IMG/VR virus record: IMGVR_UViG_3300033121_000264 | Location: 32,001-96,000 of that record | Length of the DNA: 64,000 bases | Direction: 5' to 3' (one strand) | From: a virus | Taxonomy: Duplodnaviria; Caudoviricetes | Shown here: positions 51,308 to 59,201 of the stretch, one piece after another | Layout: every line of letters begins with the position of its first letter | Position numbering within the stretch: position 1 is the stretch's first letter | Made by a program: the position numbers and the translations under genes | Notes under the pieces: generated by a model | Database searches by the model: none | What the model was told of the DNA's origin: nothing | Seen by the model: only the letters and a program-made list of their open reading frames with translations

Positions 51308-51387
51308 CCTAAGTCCTTATAGGATAAGGGGTTAGGTCGCCGGGGCGCGTCCCCTCGCTCTAAGTCCTTACATATCAAGGGTTTACG
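51308..51387. repeat. 80-bp double-palindrome element, copy 2
   Basis: Palindromes at 51310 and 51361, core GGGGCGCGTCCCC; flanked by sigma54-like boxes at 51282 and 51391. Confidence 0.9.
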
Positions 51388-51557
51388 TTCCGGCATGAAA
51401 AATGCCTAGTCAAGAAAAAAGATTTTGCGTGCCTGGCATAAGAATTATTTTCTCGGCTTTTTTGAAAATATTTTCGATTTTGCTATTGTGTTTTGTTGGA
51501 ACGGACGATATAGTATGTAGAGTAATTGATTAAGTGATTGGTTTGAAAGGTTTGAAG

Positions 51558-51767
51558 ATGAAGATTGAAATTGGTGGTCGTGAAGTTTCCCGTAAGTCTT
51601 GCGAAGTTTGCAACGTGCTGTCGTTTGATTATCCGGATTTTTGTGATGCGTATATTGAATATGCCGAATTTGTCGATGGTGGTGAATTGAACGATGAGCA
51701 GCTAGAAATTCTGAATGAAGAAAATTCTATGCTAGTTCACGAATTAGCTCACGAATCGCAATTTTAA
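51558..51767 (+). CDS. Small acidic hypothetical protein
   Basis: DYPDFCDAYI..A...DG.EL..EQL..L; RBS present. Confidence 0.65.
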   Translation: MKIEIGGREVSRKSCEVCNVLSFDYPDFCDAYIEYAEFVDGGELNDEQLEILNEENSMLVHELAHESQF

Positions 51768-51837
51768 GTATTGACGCAAGGTTAAACAGCCGATAAAATC
51801 AGTAGAGTGATACAGTAAAGGTTTTAAGGGTAGAACG

Positions 51838-52032
51838 ATGAGCATTGAAAAGAAATTGATTGAAGCAACGAACGCTGGCGACTATGCTGGTTTCGGCAAA
51901 CATCGCCGGATTGTTAAGGAAACGGAAATTTCGGTGCCGGAAAAGTTTTGCGGTACTGAGATGGAATATGAGCGGTACGTTTCCGCTTACAAACGGTCGA
52001 ATCGTGACGCATACGAAGAATACGCGGAGTAA
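51838..52032 (+). CDS. Small hypothetical protein
   Basis: Own promoter and RBS. Confidence 0.6.
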   Translation: MSIEKKLIEATNAGDYAGFGKHRRIVKETEISVPEKFCGTEMEYERYVSAYKRSNRDAYEEYAE

Positions 52033-52218
52033 ATAAAATGGGTACTTTGCCGCCAGACGGTATGGTTATCGTAACTTTGTCAATCGTCGCCTTTGTTTTT
52101 ATGGTGATTATTATTTGGGATGATATTCGTAAAAATTAGAAATTAGGGTTGACAAATTCGGCCCGGTTGCTAAAATCAGTAGAGTAACGAAAAACGACTT
52201 TTCTTAAGGAATACAAAA

Positions 52219-52437
52219 ATGTCAGAAGCTGAACTAGTTGTCAAGGCTTTAGCTGCTCATTTGCGAGATTTAGCAGATATTTGTTTAAGAGAAGATAATG
52301 ACGGCCGTGGCGAATTATATTTAATCGCAGCGAAAGAATGCGAATCTGCTCTTGACGGCAAATATGGTTGGTCGTTAGAATTGTGGAAAGAATTAAAAGA
52401 ATTACGCGAAGCAAACGAAGATGCACGTTCTTTGTAG
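52219..52437 (+). CDS. Small hypothetical protein
   Basis: Own promoter and AAGGA RBS. Confidence 0.6.
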   Translation: MSEAELVVKALAAHLRDLADICLREDNDGRGELYLIAAKECESALDGKYGWSLELWKELKELREANEDARSL

Positions 52438-52512
52438 ATTCTGAAAATAGGTATTGACAAGCCTAGAAACAGTCGATACAATACATAGAACAAAGGAAAC
52501 AAAGGAAATAAG

Positions 52513-52689
52513 ATGAACGAACAAATTCAAAAAATGCTGGCCGAGCTACTTGATAGCAACGAACAAATTCTGAAATTGAGTGGGTCGAAAGTATCCCCCT
52601 CTGAAGAGGGGTTGGGAAACATTAACAACCATGCTTGCGATATTTATTTATTCGCAAAAAATCTGGAAAGACTATTGACGCAACAATAA
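52513..52689 (+). CDS. Small hypothetical protein (58 aa, below the ORF-track cutoff)
   Basis: Promoter at 52454, AAGGA RBS, open frame MNEQIQKMLAELL... Confidence 0.55.
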   Translation: MNEQIQKMLAELLDSNEQILKLSGSKVSPSEEGLGNINNHACDIYLFAKNLERLLTQQ

Positions 52690-52738
52690 GCGGCCGATAT
52701 AATTAGTAGAGTAACGAACAACGTAAAGGAATAGAAAA

Positions 52739-52954
52739 ATGCTGTACGACAACGAAGAACAATACAACGACGCCCGCGAATACTACGAAGGTAACGATTA
52801 CGACAATTGGGAAAACGAGCAAGTTTTCCAAGATAACGAGGGCGAGGAAGACTGGGGGGGCGAGGAAGATTCGTATGACCCCGGGGAATACGAGGCCAGC
52901 GACGAGGACGATGTTTACGGATGGGACGAGGACGATGGAAGGTGGGACGAATAG
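52739..52954 (+). CDS. Extremely acidic small protein (candidate DNA mimic)
   Basis: 31 of 71 residues are D/E, only 2 basic; own promoter and RBS. Confidence 0.65.
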   Translation: MLYDNEEQYNDAREYYEGNDYDNWENEQVFQDNEGEEDWGGEEDSYDPGEYEASDEDDVYGWDEDDGRWDE

Positions 52955-52963
52955 GTAAAATAC

Positions 52964-53097
52964 GAGGATGGGACGGTCTGGCACCGTGCTAGTTTAGGGG
53001 AAATGTGCAAGCTACACAAAGTACCCAAAACTTACTAGCTGGATACTAGTTAAGCTAGGAAAATAGGATAAAGTGGGTTCGACCCCCACCATTCTCA
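52964..53097 (+). ncRNA. tRNA-like RNA with expanded anticodon arm
   Basis: Acceptor GAGGATG/CATTCTC, D-arm ACGGT-CTGGC-ACCGT, T-arm GTGGG-TTCGACC-CCCAC; terminator hairpin at ~53114-53145. Confidence 0.65.
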
Positions 53098-53184
53098 GCA
53101 AATAAGTAGAATAGGTAGTCTGGGAAAACCTGGGTTGCCCATTTTATTTATATTAACAGTGAGAATGAGTCTCAATCTCGTCGT

Positions 53185-53264
53185 CCTAAGTCCTTTACTG
53201 GTAAGGGTTTACGTCTGGGGGCCGCGCACCGCCCACCTAAGTCTATATACAGTAAGGGTTTACA
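53185..53264. repeat. 80-bp double-palindrome element, copy 3
   Basis: Palindromes at 53187 and 53238; sigma54-like TGGTATGGTATTTGC at 53268. Confidence 0.88.
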
Positions 53265-53403
53265 GTTTGGTATGGTATTTGCCTATCGTTTTAAAAAATA
53301 ATTGTGTGCCGGGCATGAGAATTCTTTTCTGACCTATTTTGGAAAATTGTAGCGAGTGGCGTTGACAGGCGGCCGATAATTATGGTAGACTCAGTGAGTC
53401 AAG

Positions 53404-53622
53404 ATGATTCATTATATGAGGTTTATTATGGTTATTCGTACTGATTTTCAATTGTTGATTCACGACTTAGCCTGCTGCCAACTAATGAAGAAAAAAGATT
53501 TAGATAGGTGCTTAACAGAACGTGGTTCAAACTCTATCATCGTGCTTGGCACCGTTCGCACAATTAAGTGGAAAAGCGAGGGGGCTGGATACTACAAGGT
53601 TTTTACGGTTCCGTTTGAATAG
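53404..53622 (+). CDS. Small hypothetical protein
   Basis: Downstream of a promoter at ~53362; the true start may be internal (~53428, after GAGG). Confidence 0.5.
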   Translation: MIHYMRFIMVIRTDFQLLIHDLACCQLMKKKDLDRCLTERGSNSIIVLGTVRTIKWKSEGAGYYKVFTVPFE

Positions 53623-53780
53623 GTGAAACTATAACCATTGATTTTACGTTTGCACGGTATCGAATGCCGCACCGCAGAAACCGTGATTGCAGAAAATATT
53701 TTGCGAGACTAGTTGACAAGGTTTCGGCCAGTCGCTACAATTCACTAATCGAACGAAGAACACTTTAAGGAGATAGAAAA

Positions 53781-54200
53781 ATGACGAATTTGATTCAACC
53801 GGGAATTACGCTGAACAATGGGGAAGTGATTGGTTCGATGAGCGACCTAGATTGTTTCCGCCAGTTCAGTTTTGACGCATCGACCTATATTGATGCAATC
53901 AATGCTGACAACGGAATCCAGTTGAGCAAGCCGAAAAATGGGAACGGACACAATAAGCCGATTTACCGGATTGCGAAGATTGGGAAAACCCAACGGGCTG
54001 CGACGGTTAAGAAAGAACGGAAAGCTACGAAGGCTGAGAATCTTGCGAAGTATATGAAAGAGGCGGAAGCTGGATTACCTTTGAGTGTTTGCAGCGACGA
54101 CGAACTCTGCGACCGTATGGTCGCCGTGTTAAGCAAGCAAGGTAAGGACGGTTTGAAGTTTGGGGCGGTCGATGGCAAATGGGATGGCGATGAAAACTAA
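53781..54200 (+). CDS. Hypothetical protein
   Basis: Promoter at 53713 and AGGAG RBS. Confidence 0.7.
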   Translation: MTNLIQPGITLNNGEVIGSMSDLDCFRQFSFDASTYIDAINADNGIQLSKPKNGNGHNKPIYRIAKIGKTQRAATVKKERKATKAENLAKYMKEAEAGLPLSVCSDDELCDRMVAVLSKQGKDGLKFGAVDGKWDGDEN

Positions 54201-54209
54201 GGGGAATAG

Positions 54210-54377
54210 ATGATTAAGGTAATTTGGGTGGTGCTGCTGGAATGGGCCAGCAGCGTTGATTGCATGGGAGCCTTCTCTAATGAGACTGAGGCTCAAGAAC
54301 ACTTGAACACTTTGTATGATTCGCTAGATTACCCAAAGTCTGCATTTAGCCTACAATCCACACGCTATAAGGAATAG
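54210..54377 (+). CDS. Small hypothetical protein (55 aa)
   Basis: GGGGA RBS; stop abuts repeat copy 4. Confidence 0.5.
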   Translation: MIKVIWVVLLEWASSVDCMGAFSNETEAQEHLNTLYDSLDYPKSAFSLQSTRYKE

Positions 54378-54378
54378 A

Positions 54379-54459
54379 CCTAAAGCCTTATGGTGTAAGG
54401 ACTTAGGTGGCCGGGGCGCACCCCGTCGATGTAACCATATATACAGTAACACTTTACAT
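54379..54459. repeat. 80-bp double-palindrome element, copy 4
   Basis: Palindromes at 54381 and 54432, core GGGGCGCACCCC. Confidence 0.88.
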
Positions 54460-54540
54460 CTTTAAATTTTGCCTATTGACATATTGGATAAAATGACGAT
54501 AATATTGGTATAGCTCACAACATTGGAAGGATAGATAAGA

Positions 54541-54786
54541 ATGAAAATCTACGTGCTTTGCGATACTTACGTTGATTACGGGCAATATGACCGAGATACG
54601 GAAATTGAGCAATTTAAGGATGTTGCGTCAATTGAGAAGGTCGTGGTAATTTGGGCACAACAGGAAGTTAAGGCAAATAAGATAAGACCGGCAACTTGCA
54701 AAGTATACGACGATGTGGGGCTTTGCGTAGGTAGGGTAGATTTGAAGAAAACTGCGGCGGCTGGTAGGGTCGTGATGGCCCAATAA
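54541..54786 (+). CDS. Small hypothetical protein
   Basis: Promoter at ~54476 and RBS. Confidence 0.6.
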   Translation: MKIYVLCDTYVDYGQYDRDTEIEQFKDVASIEKVVVIWAQQEVKANKIRPATCKVYDDVGLCVGRVDLKKTAAAGRVVMAQ

Positions 54787-54906
54787 TTGTATCGGCTAAT
54801 ATATGCCGATTATGATAGAGCCCGCCATTGCAAGCGAAAAAGTGGCACTCGCAAGCTAATATTGTACTTGACAAAGCTATAACGATTAGTATAATAGAGA
54901 CATATC

Positions 54907-55006
54907 AGGGGACATGGTGACATAATAGTTGTGCTGGTGAGCGGTGGTAACACAGCGGAAGCCAGAGAACATAAGTATTATGGGTGGGTTCGATTCCTGC
55001 TCCCTA
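54907..55006 (+). ncRNA. tRNA-like RNA (T-arm, short acceptor, long GNRA-capped hairpin)
   Basis: Just after promoter 54868; GTGGG-TTCGATT-CCTGC T-arm; GGGGA/TCCCT; CATAATA...TATTATG stem enclosing CTGG/CCAG and GTG-GTAA-CAC. Confidence 0.55.
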
Positions 55007-55041
55007 GCCTTAGTTAGTTCAGAAAAAGCCGAAGGTGAAGT

Positions 55042-55242
55042 ATGTTGAAAGATAAAGCCCTAGCATTACAGTTTGCCCAAGAGTTGAAAGCCCTATTTGA
55101 TAAATATGAGGCAGAACGTATTACGCGAAATGAAAATGACTTGACAATTGTGGGGTCATTTGGTACAATTGATGATATTGACATTACGACTGGTACTATC
55201 TGGTCAGAACAACCTTGTGGTTGGGCATTAATTAAGGAATAA
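55042..55242 (+). CDS. Small hypothetical protein
   Basis: AAGGTG RBS. Confidence 0.55.
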   Translation: MLKDKALALQFAQELKALFDKYEAERITRNENDLTIVGSFGTIDDIDITTGTIWSEQPCGWALIKE

Positions 55243-55250
55243 CAATACAA

Positions 55251-55454
55251 ATGATAGAAAGAATGTGGATTAATCAACCATCAACCTTGCAACCTGACCA
55301 TTTTTGGCATGGTACAAATGTATTGGTTGATATGAGTTCTGTTAGATTTCATGAAAGAACCAAACAGAATCATGTTGACATTTACTTTTTAAGCGGTAAT
55401 ATTATTAGCTGTAGATGCTCAATGTTATCATTATCTAAAGGATGGAAGCAATGA
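55251..55454 (+). CDS. Small hypothetical protein
   Basis: AAGGA RBS; MWINQPSTLQP.H..HG.NVL motif. Confidence 0.65.
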   Translation: MIERMWINQPSTLQPDHFWHGTNVLVDMSSVRFHERTKQNHVDIYFLSGNIISCRCSMLSLSKGWKQ

Positions 55455-55605
55455 AAACCTTTCGGCTTTTTCTTCTCCTAATCACAGTTAAAATCAATAT
55501 TGATGCGAATACGTATCAAATAAAAGATTGGCAACCTTTCGAGATTGTTAATCCTGCCCCAATTATCCCATTGTTACAACCTCTTAAGAAAAATTGGTGG
55601 ATTCC

Positions 55606-55770
55606 ATGACCGAAATGTTATCTGATTGGGCATTCTATTATGGTATGCTAGTTTTCATTTTAGTCGATGAATGGTGTAAAGTACATCAAAGACCATGGTA
55701 TGTAAAATTTATATTACTTACAACAATTTTAACATTTGGCATTTTTATGTTGAAGTTGTATAAGTCCTGA
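55606..55770 (+). CDS. Small membrane protein (54 aa)
   Basis: Two hydrophobic segments; stop lies inside repeat copy 5. Confidence 0.45.
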   Translation: MTEMLSDWAFYYGMLVFILVDEWCKVHQRPWYVKFILLTTILTFGIFMLKLYKS

Positions 55771-55837
55771 CTCCATAAGGAGTTAGGTGTTGGGGGCGTG
55801 CCCCGCGAACGTAAGTGCTTATGTAGTAACGACTTAA
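55760..55837. repeat. 80-bp double-palindrome element, copy 5
   Basis: Palindromes at 55761 and 55812, core GGGGCGTGCCCC. Confidence 0.88.
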
Positions 55838-56011
55838 AACTACTAAAGAATTATCCCCAGGTTACCGATACTATCTATATCAAAGGAGTATTGGTATGAA
55901 AATTATTTTGACAATTCTTGCGATTGGCGTATTGACAATGACGGGCTGCGTTGCTACAATCAAGAGCGTAACAGTTGCTTATAACGATGTGGAAGTAAGG
56001 ACGGAATTCCG

Positions 56012-56200
56012 ATGAAAATTACTATTGATATTCAGCACCGTTACACGGATAATGATAACGAGGAAAATGAATACATTGTCAAAATCTCTGATGATACCAA
56101 ATTAGAGACCAGTGAATACAAGTGTGACGATATTCAAAAAGTAAAGAATTTTATTAGTTTAACAGTTCGTGAAACTTTGTTTGACTTAGGAATGTATTAA
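56012..56200 (+). CDS. Small hypothetical protein
   Basis: AAGGA RBS. Confidence 0.55.
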   Translation: MKITIDIQHRYTDNDNEENEYIVKISDDTKLETSEYKCDDIQKVKNFISLTVRETLFDLGMY

Positions 56201-56349
56201 TGAAAATCACTGGCCGCGAATTGGCACAGATGGGTCGTAATGGTCACACCACCCATTTTAGTGGTACTGGCTTGCATCGCAATTGGAAGAAACAACCAAA
56301 AGGTGGAAAGAAAGCCCAGGCTCGTAAAGCTATTCGAGAATTTGCTTGA
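56200..56349 (+). CDS. Small basic protein (49 aa)
   Basis: Coupled by TAATG; MKITGRELAQMGRNGHTTHFSGTGLHRNWKKQPKGGKKAQARKAIREFA. Confidence 0.5.
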   Translation: MKITGRELAQMGRNGHTTHFSGTGLHRNWKKQPKGGKKAQARKAIREFA

Positions 56350-56404
56350 CAAGTCTGAAAAGTCTGATACACTAAGCTAGTCACCAACAATAAGGATTAG
56401 TAAA

Positions 56405-56659
56405 ATGACTGACCTATCCCATCCTGAGTTTAGACTGACTAGGAACCGGCCATACGTTCTTTGTAACTGTCCTGGACGTAAGGACGTTCGTGCCCGTCAA
56501 GGTTATTACATTCGTGCTAAAGATTCTCAAGCTGCACTTGAGCGAATGGCTGAACACTTTCCGGATGATATGCAATTCGGATTTACTTGCGATTTGTGGA
56601 AGTTGCCCGAAGGTATGAGTTTTGAACACTATAACGAAATGTTGGAGATTATGTCGTGA
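56405..56659 (+). CDS. Small hypothetical protein
   Basis: Promoter at ~56346 and AAGGA RBS. Confidence 0.6.
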   Translation: MTDLSHPEFRLTRNRPYVLCNCPGRKDVRARQGYYIRAKDSQAALERMAEHFPDDMQFGFTCDLWKLPEGMSFEHYNEMLEIMS

Positions 56660-56886
56660 AGATTACAGAAGCAATCAACCAACTTACAGAATGTTTAAAA
56701 ACTGGCGAAACCGACATTATCTTTGCATATTGGGAAAGAAATATGTTTGATATAGACGGTAAACTAATTGACAAAGAAACCTTTGCAGGTTATGCTGAAG
56801 ATATTGAAGACAATATGGATTGGTCGTATGCTTGGGAAGATATGATGGAAATTATTGCTAGAAATGTAGCAGAAGATTCAGAATAA
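56656..56886 (+). CDS. Small acidic hypothetical protein
   Basis: Coupled by GTGA; stop abuts repeat copy 6. Confidence 0.6.
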   Translation: MKITEAINQLTECLKTGETDIIFAYWERNMFDIDGKLIDKETFAGYAEDIEDNMDWSYAWEDMMEIIARNVAEDSE

Positions 56887-56966
56887 CGTAAAGCCTTTAC
56901 TCGTAAGAGTTTAGGCGTTGGGGGCGTGGCCCGCCGCCATAAGTCCTTATATACCAAGGGATTACG
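56887..56966. repeat. 80-bp double-palindrome element, copy 6
   Basis: Palindromes at 56889 and 56940. Confidence 0.88.
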
Positions 56967-57091
56967 CTCACTAGAATTATTCGTAGAATTATTTTTCCAG
57001 GCCGCTTGACAATGCCGATAAAGACTGTATAATGATGGAGTAAGGCAAACGAATCACTTCGATTCGGAACCAATTATCTAAGGAGTCTGAT

Positions 57092-57283
57092 ATGTCGCAA
57101 GTTCAAACCATTCGTGCCCTTCGTATGGCGTCTGCTCTCGTTAAGAAGAACCGTTTCGATACGGCTCGGATTCAGCGTGCTATCAAGTCTAAGGTGGGTG
57201 TGACGGTCGATGGTCGTACGATTGCCGGCATCCGAATGTCGCATCGTTATCAGGTGGGGAAAGCGTTGAGTTTGGTTATGTAA
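57092..57283 (+). CDS. Small basic protein
   Basis: Promoter at 57006 and AAGGAG RBS. Confidence 0.65.
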   Translation: MSQVQTIRALRMASALVKKNRFDTARIQRAIKSKVGVTVDGRTIAGIRMSHRYQVGKALSLVM

Positions 57284-57404
57284 ATAAAAGATTGGGGACT
57301 GGGGGAAATAGCAAAGGTGGGTACAATATGATAGAGACTCACGCCTCCAGTTTTCAATTTTCTAATTTCGTTTTTAGTCAAGCAAACCATTTTTTTGGGA
57401 GACA

Positions 57405-57584
57405 ATGACAATGCAACAATATATTGAGTACCGGTTGAGTGAAAAGGGAAGCGAACACCAAGGCCAATGGATTGAGTTTGGCCGAGTCGAGGCTAAGAGT
57501 CGTCGGCAGGCAATGAAGCAACTAAGTAAGGATGACCCGAAAGAGGGGCCACAAGTTCAGCGGAAAGTTCGTCAGGCCGAATAG
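57405..57584 (+). CDS. Small hypothetical protein (59 aa)
   Basis: GGGAG RBS; open frame MTMQQYIEYRLSEKG... Confidence 0.5.
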   Translation: MTMQQYIEYRLSEKGSEHQGQWIEFGRVEAKSRRQAMKQLSKDDPKEGPQVQRKVRQAE

Positions 57585-57647
57585 GGCTTGACAGATTGAA
57601 AATCCGTTGTAAAATTGTGGTATACTAATCGCTTCTCTTGGTGTAAC

Positions 57648-58040
57648 ATGACGATTGAAAAGCAAGCAACGTTTGATTTTGTTGTTGGAAAAATTCGCGA
57701 ACAGGGTTGTGCTTCTGTTAAACCCGATTCAAATAGCTGTTTGTATCGTGGACCGAATGGTACTAAATGTGCGGCTGGTCATGTCATTCCAGATGAAAAA
57801 TATGACCCTTGTTTTGAGGGTTGTACTGTCCCCGTATCTCTTGCAGACTGGGACTCTGGTAATACTAAAAAACTTTATGAAGTTTTGAAAGAAACTGGAC
57901 ACGATTTAAATTTGTTGCGTTCTTTGCAACGTGCTCACGACAGCATATCTATGGAATATAATTTCCTAGCAGGTTTTGAGAAAAATGTCCAGCATGTAGC
58001 AGAATTTCATGAGTTAGTTTACACTCCGCCGAAGGAGTAG
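57648..58040 (+). CDS. Hypothetical protein, paralog A
   Basis: CLYRGPNGTKCAAGHVIPD...LQRAHD; close paralog of 58722-59108. Confidence 0.75.
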   Translation: MTIEKQATFDFVVGKIREQGCASVKPDSNSCLYRGPNGTKCAAGHVIPDEKYDPCFEGCTVPVSLADWDSGNTKKLYEVLKETGHDLNLLRSLQRAHDSISMEYNFLAGFEKNVQHVAEFHELVYTPPKE

Positions 58041-58041
58041 T

Positions 58042-58121
58042 CCTAAGTCCTTTAGCCGCAAGGCTTTAGGCATAGGGGGCGTGCCCCATAGCTCTAACTC
58101 CTTATGCTACAACGACTTAGA
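58042..58121. repeat. 80-bp double-palindrome element, copy 7
   Basis: Palindromes at 58044 and 58095, core GGGGCGTGCCCC. Confidence 0.88.
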
Positions 58122-58162
58122 AATATACTTGACAGATGAGAATTCTATTGTATAATAATTGA

Positions 58163-58312
58163 ACTTAGGGAGATGCCGCTATGGTGGCGGATACGCCTAT
58201 AAGGTAGGATAGAACGGTCCTACTACCTAGGAGCCAAATACTTGTATCTGCTAAAATAGGCAGATTGCCCCGAGCCACATGATGCCTGCGAAATCAGTCG
58301 CAAGCGAATATT
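58163..58312 (+). ncRNA. Candidate structured ncRNA (four hairpins)
   Basis: Between two consensus promoters with no long ORF; hairpins CCGCTA/TGGCGG, GTAGGA/TCCTAC, ATCTGC/GCAGAT and TGCGA/TCGCA. Confidence 0.45.
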
Positions 58313-58351
58313 TAGGGTTGACAAACGAAAAGCCGAGAGTATAATAGTCGT

Positions 58352-58558
58352 ATGAGCAAACAATTCTTCCATGTTAGTGAGCGGGTTAAAAGTTTAATGA
58401 TGGGCCATATTGAGGGCACTGTTGTTATAACCCATAATAGGGGTGAGTTGGGTTGGGAATACTTTATCTGTTGGGATAATGGGATGAGTGGGTCATTTAC
58501 AGAAGAACAAATTGTAGCAAACGGAATTAAGAAATGTCATCGCTTAAATCAATCCTAA
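58352..58558 (+). CDS. Small SH3-like hypothetical protein (possibly leaderless)
   Basis: F.V.ERVK......GTVV...Y.I.WD.G pattern; ATG ~6 nt after the -10 box. Confidence 0.55.
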   Translation: MSKQFFHVSERVKSLMMGHIEGTVVITHNRGELGWEYFICWDNGMSGSFTEEQIVANGIKKCHRLNQS

Positions 58559-58725
58559 ACCAGAAATCCTACGGCATTTTTATTCAAGGGGTTGACGAAA
58601 ACGGAATTCCTTGTATGATTAGGGTCGCAGGTGAGTGGACGAACAAACGAGTGGCTCAACGTGAAACTCGCCGCTTAATGAATTTGGATAGTCGAAAACT
58701 TAAAGGGGAATTGGTACAATTATGA
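58534..58725 (+). CDS. Small hypothetical protein
   Basis: Coupled ORF. Confidence 0.5.
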   Translation: MSSLKSILNQKSYGIFIQGVDENGIPCMIRVAGEWTNKRVAQRETRRLMNLDSRKLKGELVQL

Positions 58726-59108
58726 TTACTATGCAAGAAACGTTTGATTTCGTTGTCGGTAAGATTCGTGAGCAGGGTTGTGCTTCTATTGTGGAAGGTG
58801 GTAGTAGTTGCCTTTATCGTGGGTCGAATGGTACGAAGTGTGCCGCTGGTCACGTTATCCCAGATGACAAGTATGACCTTATTTTTGAGGGTTGTACCGT
58901 TGTCACGAAACCTTGGGATGGAATGCGTGAAGGTGTTAAAAAGTTGTACGAAGTGTTAAAAGAAACTGGCCACGATTTAGATTTGCTTCGTAACTTACAA
59001 CGATGTCACGACGATGCATCTTCATTTAAAAACTTTATGGAGAAGTTTGAAATTAACGTGAAAGAGATTGCTACCTTAAAAGAATTAACCTACACCCCGA
59101 AAGCATAA
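58722..59108 (+). CDS. Hypothetical protein, paralog B
   Basis: CLYRGSNGTKCAAGHVIPD...LQRCHD. Confidence 0.75.
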   Translation: MITMQETFDFVVGKIREQGCASIVEGGSSCLYRGSNGTKCAAGHVIPDDKYDLIFEGCTVVTKPWDGMREGVKKLYEVLKETGHDLDLLRNLQRCHDDASSFKNFMEKFEINVKEIATLKELTYTPKA

Positions 59109-59121
59109 AACAACCCAACGT

Positions 59122-59201
59122 CATAAGTCCTTACTATGTAGGGATTTATGGCTAAGGGGCACGCCCGCCATACCTAAGTCGTTATGCCACAAGGGTTTAC
59201 G
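59122..59201. repeat. 80-bp double-palindrome element, copy 8
   Basis: Palindromes at 59124 and 59175; sigma54-like CGGCACGATATTTGC at 59204. Confidence 0.88.
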
